A program made the translations under genes and the position numbers. The notes below the pieces were generated by a model. The model was not told the origin of the DNA and did no database searches. It saw only the letters and a program-made list of their open reading frames with translations. From Tubiluchus corallicola (taxonomy: Eukaryota > Animalia > Priapulida), in NCBI GenBank assembly GCA_030141605.1, contig JAQGDQ010000130.1, forward strand, positions 453,974-517,973: a DNA stretch of 64,000 nt. The letters run 5' to 3'. This document shows positions 62,581 to 64,000 of the stretch, in pieces (position 1 is the stretch's first letter; the number at the start of each line of letters is the position of its first letter).

Positions 62581-64000
62581 CACCGCGTTACGCTAAGGGA
62601 TTTGGATTTGGATCTTGTTATACAGTTCAATTTCAGGGCTCTTCTTAGCTCTAAAGTGTAATCAGCACTCAGTGGCAGAGTAAGCAACTTAATGTAAATC
62701 GTTGTACAGGACCAAAATCTAGTTAATTTTTGCAGATAATTCTCTGAGCTGGTATTCATTTTCAAAATTATCAGTTAACAGTGATTGTCAATTAATATTA
62801 AACTCACAATTATTAAACTTTTCAAGCTGAACTTGATGACACTTAAGGATATATGAGAAAATCTACAGTGAGCACGGATTTGACAGCCGCGACTCGAACT
62901 GACGACCTTCCGAATGAAAAGCATCTGTGTTATTCTGGTCGTGTTTTTATAAACTGCAGTAAAATAAACCTTACATGCTAAACGACGTACTTTTGGCTTT
63001 TCATTTAAAGCACAAGCAAGAAAACCCTTTACTTACATAAAGTTGAAAAAATTCGTCTTGAAATTTTGTGTAATCACGCGGTATAATCTACGCACTGCCT
63101 TATTGCGCTCAGACGGCGATGACCGTTAGGCCCAGCCATTTTAATGGTAGGTCGTTTGAAACAAGTTTAGATAACATTGCGTAAAATTTGAAAAAATGGA
63201 TCTAATCAGAGCATTCGTAGCGTACACTTCATTAACTAATCAAAAGTATAAATAATTGTATCTTGTGAGTAAGATTAAAAATGCTTTTTACTGAATTCTG
63301 CACAAGAGGGAAACTAAGTCAGTGACGTTTGATTAAGTTCGCGCGAACATTTTAATTGCTAAGAATTTTCTTTTTTAGTTACATAAATATTTGAAGCAGT
63401 TAAGCGTAATACTAATATAATTTATAAAACTTTGTGCGAAACTTTTTTGGGGATATATTTTAAACTTACCCTTTCTTGCCGTTTAACAGTTGAATTGCTT
63501 TTGCTATACGGTTAATTTATTCTGATATTTTGCCGAGATTCGGATATCCGGGGATGTCGATTCTTCACGTGGCTTCTGCTTGTCAGAGTTGCGAATCTCT
63601 TACGACCGCTCAGTTGCCACGGGCGCTTGTTTTATTGACTACGTGTTTCTCAATCACTGCTTGTATGCAGCTCAACTGTCATGGTTAGACAGTCGTTTCT
63701 AAATGTGACCTTTTTCAGATAGGACTTATACTTAAAAGTTCGACGTACATTTATAGGTTTCTAGTATAAATGATAGTTTGTTACTGATTAGTTTATGGAG
63801 AAAACGAATTCCTAAAATGAAAATAACAGCCACCACCCACTTAAGCAAAGACATAGCCTTCGTACATAGAAATTAGAAACATCCACATTGTGGGAAGCAA
63901 ACAAAACACATACTAAATTGTAAATTTACAGATCGTGCAGCACAATAAAAAATGACAGAAAAAATAAAGTTATGCCTGTGTACTAAAGTTAAATATCAAT

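Noticed and set aside
62870-62930. Functional tRNA gene (also B-box-like motifs near 25385 and 35325)
   Set aside because: Only partial, degenerate box motifs and no complete cloverleaf; at most SINE remnants.

Overview
AT-rich, intron-rich eukaryotic (animal, apparently invertebrate) genomic DNA; it is not prokaryotic and has no CRISPR, rRNA or operon. The left half holds two housekeeping genes arranged head-to-head. DUS4L (tRNA-dihydrouridine(20a/20b) synthase) is on the - strand, with 6 coding exons at 6155->403 and a 3' end that runs off the window. COG5 (conserved oligomeric Golgi complex subunit 5) is complete on the + strand, with 20 coding exons at 10186-31654 and about 799-803 aa. 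Every junction I traced is GT-AG with consistent reading phase. The same divergent pair exists at human 7q22, which suggests ancient microsynteny. Introns and the ~32 kb gene-free right half contain degenerate LINE fragments (CR1/L2-like, L1/Tx1-like), hAT-like and Kolobok-like MITEs (several with visible 8-bp TSDs), tRNA/5S-derived SINE-like heads, 29-, 62- and 31-bp tandem arrays and microsatellites. The most unusual structure is a forward-inverted-forward rearrangement at 38.3-39.4 kb whose inverted arm is indel-rich while its direct copy is exact. I found no convincing novel biological system; the findings are evolutionary or structural leads.
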